A stretch of DNA of 63,723 nucleotides, filler included, from Octopus bimaculoides (GCF_001194135.2; 6 parts of 6 records of this genome joined end to end with filler, not necessarily neighbours in it); one strand, 5' to 3'; shown: positions 12,251-27,420, counted from the whole stretch's first letter. Notes: generated by a model not told the origin, from the letters alone. Numbers and translations: made by a program.

Positions 12251-14304
12251 GTAGTTCTCTCTACAAATGTAATTGAAGCTGTATAGGGATAGATAATTAT
12301 GAATCTAAACGGCAGTACTACATAGAAATAGAACTGTATCTCTATATACATAGAGATACAACTATAGAACTCTATCTCTATACAGAGATGTAATTATCAC
12401 TCTATGTAGAAAAATAGCTGTTGCTCGTTTCGAAAATGTGAATGCGGTTCTTTGTAGAAATATTACTGTAGCCCTATTTAAAAATACAATTCTGGCTCTA
12501 AAGAGAAATATACGTGTAGCTCTATATACAAATATTACTGTGGCTTACATAGAAATAACCAAGTAGTTTTATATAAAGATAATGTTGTAAGCACTACATA
12601 GAAATATAATGATCTATATCGACCTATAACTACTTTGTATAGAAATATAGTTTGTTTTTTCCTACAAATATAACTGTAGCGGTATATAGAAATATAATGG
12701 TAAAGCTATTTAGAAATATAACAACTCTATATAAACAAATAAGAGTAGCACATAAAAATAGAACTGTGACTACATACAGACGTACAACTCTAGCTCTATA
12801 AATGTTGCTCAATATAGACGTCCACCTGTGGCTCTATATAAAAATACAACAATAGAGAAATAGTACAAGAGCTCTCGATAATAATATGACGGGAGCACTG
12901 AATAAACATATAGCAATAGTGTTATATAGAAATATGAAATTAGGTCTGTATAAGAGTAAGTCTAATAAAAAAAAACTATTCTTGTTGCTACACATAGAAG
13001 AAAAATGCCAACTTGTAATGAAATACGAATGTAGATCTCTATTTAGCTCTATAGTGAAATATAACTACTCTATATAATATAAGAACATAGAGGTAGCTCC
13101 ATATATGGATAAAACGGTAGCTCTATGTAGAATGAAAACTGTATAGAAATTATACATGTGGCTCTACATAGAAAAACGCTTGTTTGCTAGAGAAATTTGA
13201 CGGTATCTCCATAGACCTATAAAAATATAGAAATATTCGTGTTACTCTAAATAGAAACATGTCTAAGCTCTATGTAAAATGTGACTGTAGCTCTATCGAA
13301 AAATATAACTGTAACCCTATATATACAAATATTTATGTTGCTGGTTAAACAAATATAAATGAAGTAGTATATAGAAGTACAATGGTCGTTCCATGGAGAG
13401 ATGCAATAGCTGGTGTATATGGAAATACTATTTCTGAATATAGAAATTTCACTATTCTATATAGAAATATAACTGTAGCAGCTATCAATAAAATATAACT
13501 GATGGGATATGTGGTGAACATACAAATGTAGCTTTATATAGCATCATAACTGTCGCTCCCTTCATAGATGTATACATAGCTACAGAGAAATATCGATGTA
13601 GCTCTATAAAGATATACGTATAGCTATAGGTGTATGAATAAAGATATAGATGTAGTTCTATACAGAAATATAACTGATTTTATATGGAAATAAAACTGTA
13701 GTGCTCTGCAGAAATATATATCATTCACCCAAGGTCAACTTTTAGTTAGTCGCGAGCACTTCCAGGCATCACCACTAATTCAGTTCTCACCCAAATTGAA
13801 TACACCGTTTTAGCAATGATGATCAAATCTTCAGCGACGGCTTAATATTAAATAACTGCACTTTTATTCATTCAAAAGAAAGTTAGGTCAAAATATGTGA
13901 GTTCAAAACTGGGAGAGTAAGGCGAAAAATTGACTTTAAACCAAAATATCTCAGTTATTTCAAAAGAAAATTAAACGAATGTGGTCATTCAGAAGGCTAT
14001 TTTCGTGAAAAATTAGCTAAAAGAAAAACATCAGAGAAGAAAAAGATGCGTGGCTTTATGTAATGGAAAACAACGAAAGTAACCCCCAGAATTTATTTGG
14101 AATCAAAATAACTCAGCTATTTTAAAGAAAAACTACAGAATCGTTCTGTTCATGTAAAAGAGGTCTGTGAGAGGAATCTTATGGTAAAAACCTCGTCAAA
14201 AAGTATTAGCTACAAAAAAAGTATTGTGGCTTTAAGTGGCGAAAAGAAAAAGTGATCATTCTGACAAATCTGGATATTTTTTCAATTTATAAAATATAAA
14301 ACCT

Positions 14305-16400
<2,096 letters not shown>

Positions 16401-17781
16401 TAGCTATAATTAGGAAGATACCGGGTTGAATTCTCTGTAGTGGCTTGCTGGTCAATATTCTTCTTTTCTAAGGGTATCTACTCCTCCTAAATTGTTTTCA
16501 CAGTTATTGTATTTTCGAGATTTCCTTTATTTTCTATAAATTACCAACTCAGTCGGCGTTTCAAAGTTTGTGTATAAAATTATATCATTCACGCACGGCA
16601 GTCAACATTTAGTCACCTGCCAGAATTTCTATGTTTCATCTCTAATTCAGTTATTTTCAATTTAATATTATTGATTTTAAGATTTCTTTGTATTAAGCTA
16701 AAACATTTGACTTATTTTCAGTATCATTAGAATGAAAAACATAAAGGCAAATATAATTAATTATAATAACAGAAGTGCTGCCTGGAAAAAAGGTGGACTA
16801 GAATTAAAGATATAGGCACAGAATGCTAGAATATTCTTAATTATCCAACCTGGAAAAGTACAAGATAAGAACAAAACCTTAAAATATTGCTGCTGAAGTT
16901 AGAATTCAAAGACTAAAATAGTAATAAATTCCCTTGAATACTTTTTTATTTTTACATAAAATTTTTAACTAAAATACTCAAGAAGCTATTTATTTTCAAC
17001 TTTAGTGAAGAGACTAATTGCCTGCAAATTTACGCAATATCTATTTGATATTACAAATTTTATGCTTTAATATTTTTTTTTTAAAGTCACATTATTGCAA
17101 TTTAAGCAAAATTGACAATGTTTTATAACCCTTACGTATTTTTTTTTTTTTAACGAAGAAAGTCATTTCTACATTTTGCACTTATTCATTATCCTCCATT
17201 TTTTAAAACTATTCTTCAGGCTTTAAATAGAAAACATATTGTTATCTGATAAGACACACTTTTAAGAAATAAATTCTTTAGTTTCTTTAAATTTTCTTTT
17301 TAGTATTTTCCCTCTTATTTTTTAATTGCATATATTCTCTATGAGTTTAATTTTAGTTAAGAAAATAAAATTTTATAANNNNNNNNNNNNNNNNNNNNNN
17401 NNNNNNNNNNNNNNNNNNNNNNNNNNNNNNNNNNNNNNNNNNNNNNNNNNNNNNNNNNNNNNNNNNNNNNNNNNNNNNNNNNNNNNNNNNNNNNNNNNNN
17501 NNNNNNNNNNNNNNNNNNNNNNNNNNNNNNNNNNNNNNNNNNNNNNNNNNNNNNNNNNNNNNNNNNNNNNNNNNNNNNNNNNNNNNNNNNNNNNNNNNNN
17601 NNNNNNNNNNNNNNNNNNNNNNNNNNNNNNNNNNNNNNNNNNNNNNNNNNNNNNNNNNNNNNNNNNNNNNNNNNNNNNNNNNNNNNNNNNNNNNNNNNNN
17701 NNNNNNNNNNNNNNNNNNNNNNNNNNNNNNNNNNNNNNNNNNNNNNNNNNNNNNNNNNNNNNNNNNNNNNNNNNNNNNNNN

Positions 17782-17858
<77 letters not shown>

Positions 17859-18597
17859 AATAAGAATACAAGTGTTAAGGAATGGCGTAGATAAGATCCG
17901 GCCTACATATGTTTCATAGCGAGCGGAACCTCAAAAGTGGTAAAAATCCAAGCGAGGTGTATACCGCAGGCTACTCTTCAGGCCAAGGATGTCTTGATTA
18001 AATGAAAGTGTACATTGTCGCAAGGCAGTAAATGTTAACACATGAAAGATTCAATCAGAATGTGAAGAGAGTACAATAGGACAGGAGGATATAAATGTAG
18101 AGAGAAATAATGATTAAAAGAAGGAAAAAAGAAAAAAAATGTATAGGAGGATGGAGAAATATTTTTGATCGAGGGGGGAGAAAATGTGTGCATGAGACGG
18201 GGAATAAAAGTGTGTCGTTCTCTATTTTTGCAAGAGATATAGTTGGGCGTTGTGGTAAATTTAAGGGTCAGGTGTTAGTAGTGGAAATATAGTTGGAGTT
18301 ATGAGGGTTAGTGTTGTTAAAGGGGTTAATAGGTGCTTTGAGTTTATATGTATGGAGCTAGGAGTTATGCTGAGTTATGAGAGTTATGCAACTCTCACTG
18401 TGACTTCTGAACAACATAAACGAATGCAGAACGAATATATAGTGCGTGTGTTTACTTGGCAAAAAAATTATATATATATATACAACGCGTTGAAATATAA
18501 CAATATCTATTTCAACATACAGTTTCACATCAGGAATCTTGCAACACAAATTCATAAACGTAGTTCTATATACATATATAACTATTGTTCTATATCA

Positions 18598-20050
18598 TCA
18601 ATATCTATAAAACAGAAGATGTTTGTGTGTGTGTGTACGTGAATGTGGGTTATGCACGTCCACAAATTAGCACGCATGTCGCTCCAATTTTAGGAGGAGA
18701 TTGTTCATGACCCTATCTGTGTTTTTGTCAACTTTTTCTCACAGAGGCACCCGCGTATAGCTGTAAAAATCGATAAACTTTTACCAATTTTGAAGTTTGT
18801 TGACATGGCGAAATCAAATCTGTGCGTACGCGCGTGAAGGAGAGAGAGAGCAAGAGAGAGAGAAAGAAAGAAAGACAGGGAGAAAGAAAGAGAGAGAGAA
18901 AGAAAAAAAGAGAGAAAGAAAGAAATAGTGTTTGTGACAAGGGGAGAAACAGAGTGTTTGCCAAGCGTCTAAAAAAAAAAATGAAAAAGTGGAAGAGGGA
19001 GACAAAGCGNNNNNNNNNNNNNNNNNNNNNNNNNNNNNNNNNNNNNNNNNNNNNNNNNNNNNNNNNNNNNNNNNNNNNNNNNNNNNNNNNNNNNNNNNNN
19101 NNNNNNNNNNNNNNNNNNNNNNNNNNNNNNNNNNNNNNNNNNNNNNNNNNNNNNNNNNNNNNNNNNNNNNNNNNNNNNNNNNNNNNNNNNNNNNNNNNNN
19201 NNNNNNNNNNNNNNNNNNNNNNNNNNNNNNNNNNNNNNNNNNNNNNNNNNNNNNNNNNNNNNNNNNNNNNNNNNNNNNNNNNNNNNNNNNNNNNNNNNNN
19301 NNNNNNNNNNNNNNNNNNNNNNNNNNNNNNNNNNNNNNNNNNNNNNNNNNNNNNNNNNNNNNNNNNNNNNNNNNNNNNNNNNNNNNNNNNNNNNNNNNNN
19401 NNNNNNNNNNNNNNNNNNNNNNNNNNNNNNNNNNNNNNNNNNNNNNNNNNNNNNNNNNNNNNNNNNNNNNNNNNNNNNNNNNNNNNNNNNNNNNNNNNNN
19501 NNNNNNNNNNNNNNNNNNNNNNNNNNNNNNNNNNNNNNNNNNNNNNNNNNNNNNNNNNNNNNNNNNNNNNNNNNNNNNNNNNNNNNNNNNNNNNNNNNNN
19601 NNNNNNNNNNNNNNNNNNNNNNNNNNNNNNNNNNNNNNNNNNNNNNNNNNNNNNNNNNNNNNNNNNNNNNNNNNNNNNNNNNNNNNNNNNGGGTTAGGGT
19701 TAGAGTTAACCTAGAAGGGACAGGCTCCTTATTTTTTGGTTAAGGTTGTTGGTAAGCTTTCCTAAGTTACTCCAATCCAGATCCCCAATGCAAACCTTCA
19801 GATCAACCTTCTCCTATGCAGATCTCTAATGCAACATTTAAAAATAGAGTCAATAAGTGAAAATAACCAATAAACTGATTCCTTATGGGATTTCCCAATC
19901 AAATTGCCAGCAAACCATTTTCAGCCAAACCAATTTCAACGGATTTCGCTCAAATCTGATGTCGATGTTACTTATTTTGGTTTGAAATAAAGGACTTAAT
20001 CATTTAATAATCCTAGCTTAATTCCGAGAAGCGCCGGGTTATACTGCTAG
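18598..20050 (+). mobile_element. Non-autonomous Helitron (contains a gap)
   Basis: Host A(18597)|TCAATATCTATAAAACAG start; 3' CCGAGAAGCGCCGGGTTATACTG-CTAG(20047-20050)|T. Both flanks belong to the AT-rich AATATAACT repeat, consistent with an A|T insertion. Confidence 0.65.
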
Positions 20051-20919
20051 TAAGACAATATAACTACTCTATATAGAAACAGTGGTGTTTCTCAAGAGAA
20101 ATATAACTGTAGCTCAATGTAGAAAAAATAATTGCATCCTTATAGTTCTATACACACATTTTCATCTATTCGTGGTCAAGTTTTATAGAGAGGTAAAAAC
20201 ATTTCCCTGAAAGTTTTCAAGAATATAACCAGCTGTCTATTTCCGGACTTAATATAACTAGCTCTCTATTTCCGGACTATGTTGCGTGTCGTCTCCCTAA
20301 ACAAAGCACTCTTTTTCAGCTGCTCTAGTTTTCTCAACTAAAATGAAAACTGTGTTTTAGTACACTCCTCTGTTCCCTGCATCCCTGTTGTCTCTTTCCA
20401 GATGTCCTGCTAGATCAATGAAGACGCCAAAAATAAAAATAAAAAACCGCAAAAACACTTAAGANNNNNNNNNNNNNNNNNNNNNNNNNNNNNNNNNNNN
20501 NNNNNNNNTTAATTAATTAANNNNNNNNNNNNNNNNNNNNNNNNNNNNNNNNNNNNNNNNNNNNCTAACCCTAAAACCCTAAAGCTAAAACCAGTACAAA
20601 CGCACGAACGATGTCATAAATAAGAGTAACACGGGTAGTTGTTGACAAACAACGGGACTAATTGTATTCAAGGGAAAAAATCCCATGACACCGTTACGGC
20701 ATTACTTGTTTTCACCTCAATAGACGTCAGTGATTGGTTGAAATTACCGAAATACGACAATTTTAAAAATAAAATAACTTCGAATACAAATTTTTTTATC
20801 TGTTCTATACCACAAAATATAGAAATATTCGAAGTTTGAAAGTGTTTCGGTACCAAAAACACTACAAAAAATATGTTGCCCGTCAAACCCCAAAGATCCA
20901 TTCTCTCTTCCTCAAGGTC

Positions 20920-21395
20920 CAAGTCTCACATGCGTAAATCATTGTAGGCAAGTCTGTTGTTAAAAAGATCGGCACGAGTTGCCTTGTCTAGTTACGCCTT
21001 CAACACATCCTTCACCGAGTTGAATGCTTTCCATCCTGCTCTTACCCCTCGCGAGATCTCATTCTCCATCTCTCACCTCATTGTAGCTTCTTAACCGAGA
21101 TACATGTAGCTGCTCACCTCTTCTATTTCATCACCTCTGACTGTTAGGCAACCAATCGCTACGCCCTCAGAACGTATGTACTTGGTTTTCGTACGGTTGA
21201 TTTTCAGGCCGAACCCCTGAAATCCACTTCGTGCAGTATGGTCTGTAGCTGATCTGTGCTCTATGCTATCAGAGGATCTTAGATGGGTAAGCAGATCTCC
21301 GTTTATACTTATTCCTCTGCCCCAGTTCATATCTTGGATGATCATATCGAGACACACCGTGAAGAGCTTAGGAGAGACAGTGTCCCCTTGCTAGA
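20920..21395 (-). mobile_element. RTE-clade LINE reverse transcriptase fragment
   Basis: RQGDTVSPKLFTVCLDMII..GLKINRTKTKYI..IEEVSSYMYLG..EISRGVRAGWKAFNS. Confidence 0.85.
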
Positions 21396-21439
21396 CAAGG
21401 CGACAAGCAAGTCAAGCGCCTACACACACACACACACAC

Positions 21440-21905
21440 ACATGGCAGAAATAATATAAACACCGCATAAAACATCGTTTTATGCTTATTCTAACTTGTA
21501 ATGGTTTTCATTTTTTATTAATTGACATTTTTATGTTTCAGGTTCTATATGTAACTGTTTAATCATGCCATGTACAAAAGAAGCCTTAGAACTGCCTGAA
21601 TTTCAAAGAGGCTGTATTGTGGGTCAATCTGAAGGTGGAGATAGCGTAAAATTGTAGAAAACCTTGAGATCCCGCTTTCTATAGTTACTAGAGTGAGTGT
21701 GCAATTCTGCAGGGAGGGGAAGGAGTTCACACCACCTTGCCTAGATTAACCAGGGCCTTTTGACAGGTCCCTTCTCTTTGCTAAGAGAAGTGTGGAGGAT
21801 AATCATCGTTGCAAGGCCTCTGACATAGCAGAACACGTTGATGTCAGTTCTAGAACAGCTGTTAGGTATCTTCACAAACTTGGTTACTATGGCAGAGCAG
21901 CAAGA
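21440..21905 (+). mobile_element. Tc1-like transposon 5' fragment with decayed HTH
   Basis: From ATG 21565: MPCTKEALELPEFQRGCIVGQSEGG..; later KRSVEDNHRCKASDIAEHVDVSSRTAVRYLHKLGYYGRAAR. Confidence 0.8.
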
Positions 21906-22099
21906 ATACTTTGTATTTTTTGTTTATGTTTTGTGACGTCCTGTGCCCACATATGTATATGTATATACGTATACGTGTTAGCATGTACGTATACGTGTTA
22001 GTATGTACGTATACGTGTTAGTATGTACGTATATGTGTTAGTATGTACGTATACGTATGTATATATGCATATAAATGTAGTGGGTCTTGCATGCATGAA

Positions 22100-22548
22100 G
22101 TGGATTCGATCCACCATAGCCAAATTTAAATTAACACTGCAACAGAACTTTTCCCACGGTGAAACAATGGGTTTTCTCTGACAGCAGTTTTACATTTTCC
22201 AGATGCCTTTAGCTTGGCCGAAATAATGTCTTCACCACTTGACCACCTACTAAATCTGTTGTTCTCTATGATATGTCTATCCTGAAGTGTGACAACTCTG
22301 ACAATGAAGTCTGGCTGACCAGCTAGAACCTTGGTCAGAGGGAGAAATGAAGTTTACTGTCAGCAACTGTAAGACAACGTCCCACACCCTACAACTCTCA
22401 CTAGCTCTAATTCTGTTCTCTTACAACATCATTCTATCGCTATCTGTGGATTACTACTAACAATTGGTATACGCCAAACTATGCAAAGAAACATTCTACC
22501 ACGTCTTTCTTTAGCATGCTCTCGGATGTTATAACCTGCCCATCGAGG
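22100..22548 (+). mobile_element. Heavily degraded CR1/L2-like LINE 3' fragment
   Basis: LADQLEPWSEGEMKFTVSNCK resembles the CR1 RT motif DL..L..WS..W.MKFN..KC; a later TTSFF remnant. Confidence 0.45.
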
Positions 22549-22627
22549 TATGGTATTTTTCAACGTAACGGTAAATAAATAAATAAAGTTTTAAGAAAGT
22601 ATTTATTTACCGTTACGTTGAAAAATA

Positions 22628-22632
<5 letters not shown>
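22549..22632. repeat. Perfect 33-bp inverted repeat with 18-nt loop
   Basis: TATGGTATTTTTCAACGTAACGGTAAATAAATA (22549-22581) and its exact reverse complement (22600-22632). Confidence 0.95.
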
Positions 22633-22668
<36 letters not shown>

Positions 22669-23879
22669 CATCATTTACTATCTTGACAAATTTGATAAGA
22701 AACCTTTTCCATGTGCCCCCCGCCATTCCTGAGGTGTTTAATAGTTACAAATCTCAAAGTGAAAGTTTTGATACTAAAACTGCTCCTCTTCTAACGATAG
22801 TTAATGCTTTGGAATCAATGAAGAAGCATTCTTACTTATATTTATGAATAAAAATTGGTTTCTCACACGATCAAAATTTTGAGTGAGAGTAAGAGTGGCC
22901 GGATAGTCAATTAAATTTATTGTTATTTTGCTATAATGATCACAGAAGGTTCTCGGTAGGATTTGAACTCAGAACGTAAAGGACCGCCGTAACTTAACAC
23001 AGCGAAGTATTTTGTCTGTCTCTCTAACAATTCTACATAGTCATCGTCTTTGTGCATGTATGAATATTAAATCTCTATTTTGTGACGGCACACACCTACT
23101 CATACGTACCAATTAAATTTTTGATTAAAATAAACTGCAATGAAACTAGGCAAGCAACGGTGGAAGAAACCAGAGGGTTTCTTCTTACAATTAAGTTAAC
23201 ATTGTGATATGATTGATTTTGAAATTTCAAAATGCGTTTTATTTCTGATTTTATGTCATTATTTCTCGCTTTTTTCAGTCCATCATTTTCAATTTTGTCC
23301 ATTGTATCAACATTTTATCACCACCACCATCACCATCACCACCTGATGATGATCATCATCATTATCATCGGTAGCAGATTCGTTATTGTGTCGCCTGAAA
23401 TTCTCAATATCATTTCTTCCGGCTTTTTATCTTCTGATTTCAGATTCCGCCTCTCATTTATTCGAGGTCGATTAAGTAAATCAGCAGTGAAGTACTGGCT
23501 TCGGGTTCCATTTTGCATATTAAAATTGTGCTAAAATTTGAAAGCGCTCATCATCATCATCATCATCATCATCATAATCTCTTCTTCTTCTTCTTTTGTG
23601 TGTGTGTGTGTGTGTGTGCGTGCGTGCGCGTGCGGGTATGACATTTTCATTTTCCTTTGCGTTACCTCATGTCAGCCCGTCTTGTGGCTGCACGGTTTTC
23701 TTTTGTTGTATATGTATGTTTTATTTTGTCGTGTTTGTTTTCGTCATTGTCCTATGCATTTGTCAACTATTCCTAGTAGCTTTTTGCCACTGGCTCTACC
23801 AAAAGTGAACAATATCAACGTTAAAGGCGCGAAATTGTAATGATCTTTTGGACGTTGACTAAGGTACGAATTGAAAGCT

Positions 23880-24160
23880 ATATCAACCATCGAACTGGAC
23901 AGTACTGCATAGTACTAAAGATCCCGTTTTGTCCATCTCGAATAAGAACCTAATACTGTAACAGCTTGGGTTCAAAGGTTCAAAACTCTTCAATATTCTG
24001 CTACACAACGTCAGAGATTCGCGAAGTGTAGACATGGAGGTCTCTAAAGAGCGTCTGGACAAATTTTTTTCTGAAATACTGGATGAACCCACATTGCAAC
24101 AGGAGGCATAAAGAAGAACCACTTTCCCCCCCAAACTCGCTACTTCCTCAAAAGCAGTAC
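23880..24160 (+). mobile_element. CR1-type LINE 3' end fragment
   Basis: SLGFKGSKLFNILLHNVRDSRSVDMEVSKERLDKFFSEILDEP matches the CR1 ORF2 C-terminal G..LFN.LP..IR....FK..LD..L..DEP pattern. Confidence 0.7.
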
Positions 24161-24249
24161 AGAAAAGAAAACCAAACACAATGAAATGCAGTGCTCCAGC
24201 ATGACCCAGCCATATAGTGCGTGCGCGTGTGTGTGTATACATATACATG

Positions 24250-24280
<31 letters not shown>

Positions 24281-24609
24281 CTGTGTGTGTACGTATATAT
24301 ATCTTGTTATTCCATTTAGTGTTATTCTTCTCACGAATATTATTATCGACACCGAATACATAAGGTGACATTCTGCATCTATACACAACATTACTGAAGA
24401 AAAGGATAACCTGCTGTCATGTACTATAAGCATGTAGCAGCGCACAAATGATTTTTTTTCCAAACTGAATGCATTTGAATTCCTTACTGACAGTAATGAG
24501 CATTTAGCCAATTAATTTTAAATGAGAATATTTTGATTTACGATTCGCATCGTGTTTCTATGCTCAGAGTTCTTTTAGGTATTCATATACATTCTTTGAC
24601 ATCCAGCAG

Positions 24610-24653
<44 letters not shown>

Positions 24654-25766
24654 NNNNNNNNNNNNNNNNNNNNNNNNNNNNNNNNNNNNNNNNNNNNNNN
24701 NNNNNNNNNNNNNNNNNNNNNNNNNNNNNNNNNNNNNNNNNNNNNNNNNNNNNNNNNNNNNNNNNNNNNNNNNNNNNNNNNNNNNNNNNNNNNNNNNNNN
24801 NNNNNNNNNNNNNNNNNNNNNNNNNNNNNNNNNNNNNNNNNNNNNNNNNNNNNNNNNNNNNNNNNNNNNNNNNNNNNNNNNNNNNNNNNNNNNNNNNNNN
24901 NNNNNNNNNNNNNNATATATATACGCATATATAATATATGCATAAAAATATATCTTTATTTTTGTATTTATCTTCCTATCTATCTCTCTACCTAATATTT
25001 TTGAAAAGCCACATTTAACATGTTCGAGTTTATTCGGACTTGAGAAAACCTTCCGCTGCGGAAATGCTTTAAGGAGAAACTTCTTCTCATTGACCACAAA
25101 TAAGTGAAAACACTTAATGTGCTATGAATAACGTCATAGGTTTGTGGTATACATGCGTTTCTGAGTACTTTCATGTGTACAATTACGAACTCTAAATCTG
25201 TCATTCATAACCTAATAAAATATACTTCATTCTTATTAGAACATTATACAGTATGTTTACTAATGTACCTATACTTATGTATAGTCCGTTATTCACAGCT
25301 CAATATTTATTTTCACATATGTCTCTTATGAGGACAATTTTATCCCGGGACTAATTCTGCAACGGCAGGTTTTCTTCCGTACGAATGCACTTGAACGTGT
25401 CAAATATGATTGTGCACAGATATATTTTATTCAATGCTGCTTCAAGAGACTTATTTAACTCTAACTTGACCAAGCTTTATATACATCACAAAACGTATTG
25501 TATGCTGTTCTCATAAGAACGAACTCGTTCTTATGGATATATGAATGCCAAATTTAGTGTTCGTGGCTGACAAAGTGAAAAAAAAAACGCAGAAACGCAC
25601 GCGATTTACTGTCGAATGATATCATTCGCAGTCCAATATGTGTCTTTTCACGTTTCATCTTTGAGGAGAATTTTCTGCAGCGGCAGGTTTCCTCTCATCC
25701 GAATGTACTTGATGGTGTTAAATAGGACTTTGCAGTAATATATTTTATTCAACGCTACTTTGAAGG

Positions 25767-25808
<42 letters not shown>

Positions 25809-25930
25809 CCACGTGTGCGCGCATATACACACATGTATGGATATACATATATACACCTCACATATATATTCATATATATAAATATGCATGTATGCATATA
25901 TACACATATGCACATACATACATACTTGCA

Positions 25931-26000
<70 letters not shown>

Positions 26001-26020
26001 CACGCACACACATACATATA

Positions 26021-26752
26021 CAAGGAGGGTGAAAAGTAAATAGGCATTAGAAATTGATAATAAAATCCGTATTCTATTTACAAATTTATTGAAATAAATG
26101 ATACAAGACCTTTATTACATGGGAAAATGAAAGTAACTCTTCATATTTCAACGTAAGCATCGGTGGCCTCGATCAGTTTCCTCAAACGGCCAGGGATGGA
26201 ATGAACAACCCTCTGAAAGACGTCGTCTGGGATATCATTGAGAACCTCCTGAATCTTTGTCTCTAATTCCTCCAGTGTGCGAGGTTTTGTCTAGTACATT
26301 TCTTTTGTGTAACTCCACGGGTAAAAGTCACATGGAGTGAGATCTGGACTTCTTGGAATTCTGGACTTCTGGACTTCTGGACTTCTGCGGTCACAGTCTT
26401 CAAGTTTTAGTTCCTTACGTAATGGGGTTTCCACGGACGAAAATTCAATTCTTTATGCAACACCGCACGTATTGTGTGTCTTGTTAGTCCACTTTCACGA
26501 GCTGCTTGACGTGTTGATTTTTGCGAGCTGTGATTTTCCATGCACGCTACCATCTCTGAACCAAAACAATAGAATTCCACGCTTCATAGAGTGCTGCTCT
26601 CTTAGCTCGTTCCTGAACAGTCAAGCGACCGGCCATCAGGAAAAGAAGAAATAAGAAATAAGACAATAAGAAAATGTTTTCGTCATGACTTCAGTGATGC
26701 TAAAAAGTCTATAAGCAATTTCTAATGCTTAGTTACTTTTCACCCATCCTCT
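26021..26752 (-). mobile_element. Internally deleted mariner/Tc3-like transposon with both TIRs
   Basis: TA|CAAGGAGGGTGAAAAGTAAATAGGCATTAGAAATTG is inverted at ~26716-26750. Transposase remnants: MAGRLTVQERAK.. and PRSPDLTPCDFYPWSY..KPRTLEEL..IPGRLRKLIEATDAYVEI*. Confidence 0.85.
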
Positions 26753-26755
26753 CTC

Positions 26756-26802
<47 letters not shown>

Positions 26803-26821
26803 GTATGTATGTATATATATA

Positions 26822-26960
26822 ATTTTTTTGGAATGAGATAAAAATCCAAGGCTGTGAAAGATTTTAAACATTTATAAATAGAAGGTCTTACAGCTGTTTC
26901 CGGGATATTTTATATATCCTTCATCGGAGACGGTGTGAGAAAATGGTTAAGCAATAGTTA
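26822..26960 (-). mobile_element. Penelope-like terminal fragment next to (TA)n
   Basis: Contains the hammerhead-like motif at 26885-26931 and abuts a TC/TA microsatellite. Confidence 0.6.
26885..26931 (-). ncRNA. Degenerate minimal type I hammerhead ribozyme motif
   Basis: RNA: GUCU-CCGAUGA-A-GGAUAU(AUAAA)AUAUCC-CG-GAAA-CAGCUG-UA-AGAC. Stem I GUCU/AGAC, 6-bp stem II, palindromic stem III ACAGCUGU, GUA triplet; the core carries a U4C change. Confidence 0.7.
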
Positions 26961-27324
26961 ATTTAGATAAGATATGAAATAAATAGTGAAGTGGAAGAAT
27001 GAAAATAGATGTGAGATATGCAGAGGTATTGCATGTTATTTTTAGCACGTGGGGATACCTTCTAGGCTTAACTTCATGCGTTGGTTGAAAATCATTAAAG
27101 AGATTCTGGGGTCGCTACATTCGACTAAAAATTCTTCAAAGTGGTGCCCCAGCATGGCCGCATTCTAATAACCGTAACAAGTAAAAAGGAAAAAATCTGG
27201 GTTCGATACGTTCAAATAAAAATTCTTCAAGGTGGTGTCCCAATATGGCCGCAGTCTAATGAATGAAACAATTAAAAGGTGAAAAAAAAAAACGAAAAAA
27301 TAATCAAAAAATATAACTGGGGTG

Positions 27325-27420
27325 GCTTTTGTCCACTCTCACACTTTAACTATGGGGCTTTTTTGTCCGAGGGGCTTTTGTCCTAGGGGGCTTTTGTCCT
27401 AGGGGGCTTTTGTCCTAGGG
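27325..27420. repeat. Short tandem GGGGCTTTTGTCCTA repeats (probable MITE subterminal array), truncated by a gap
   Basis: About five copies of GGGGCTTTTGTCC. Confidence 0.75.

Larger units (their letters stand above)
10265..13720. repeat. Old, degenerate AT-rich minisatellite (core ~ATATAGAAATATAACTGTAGCTCT) interrupted by SINEs
   Basis: Dozens of variants of TATAGAAATATAACTGTAGCTCTA at roughly 25-35 bp spacing; related motifs also at ~18570-18597 and 20051-20260. Confidence 0.8.
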
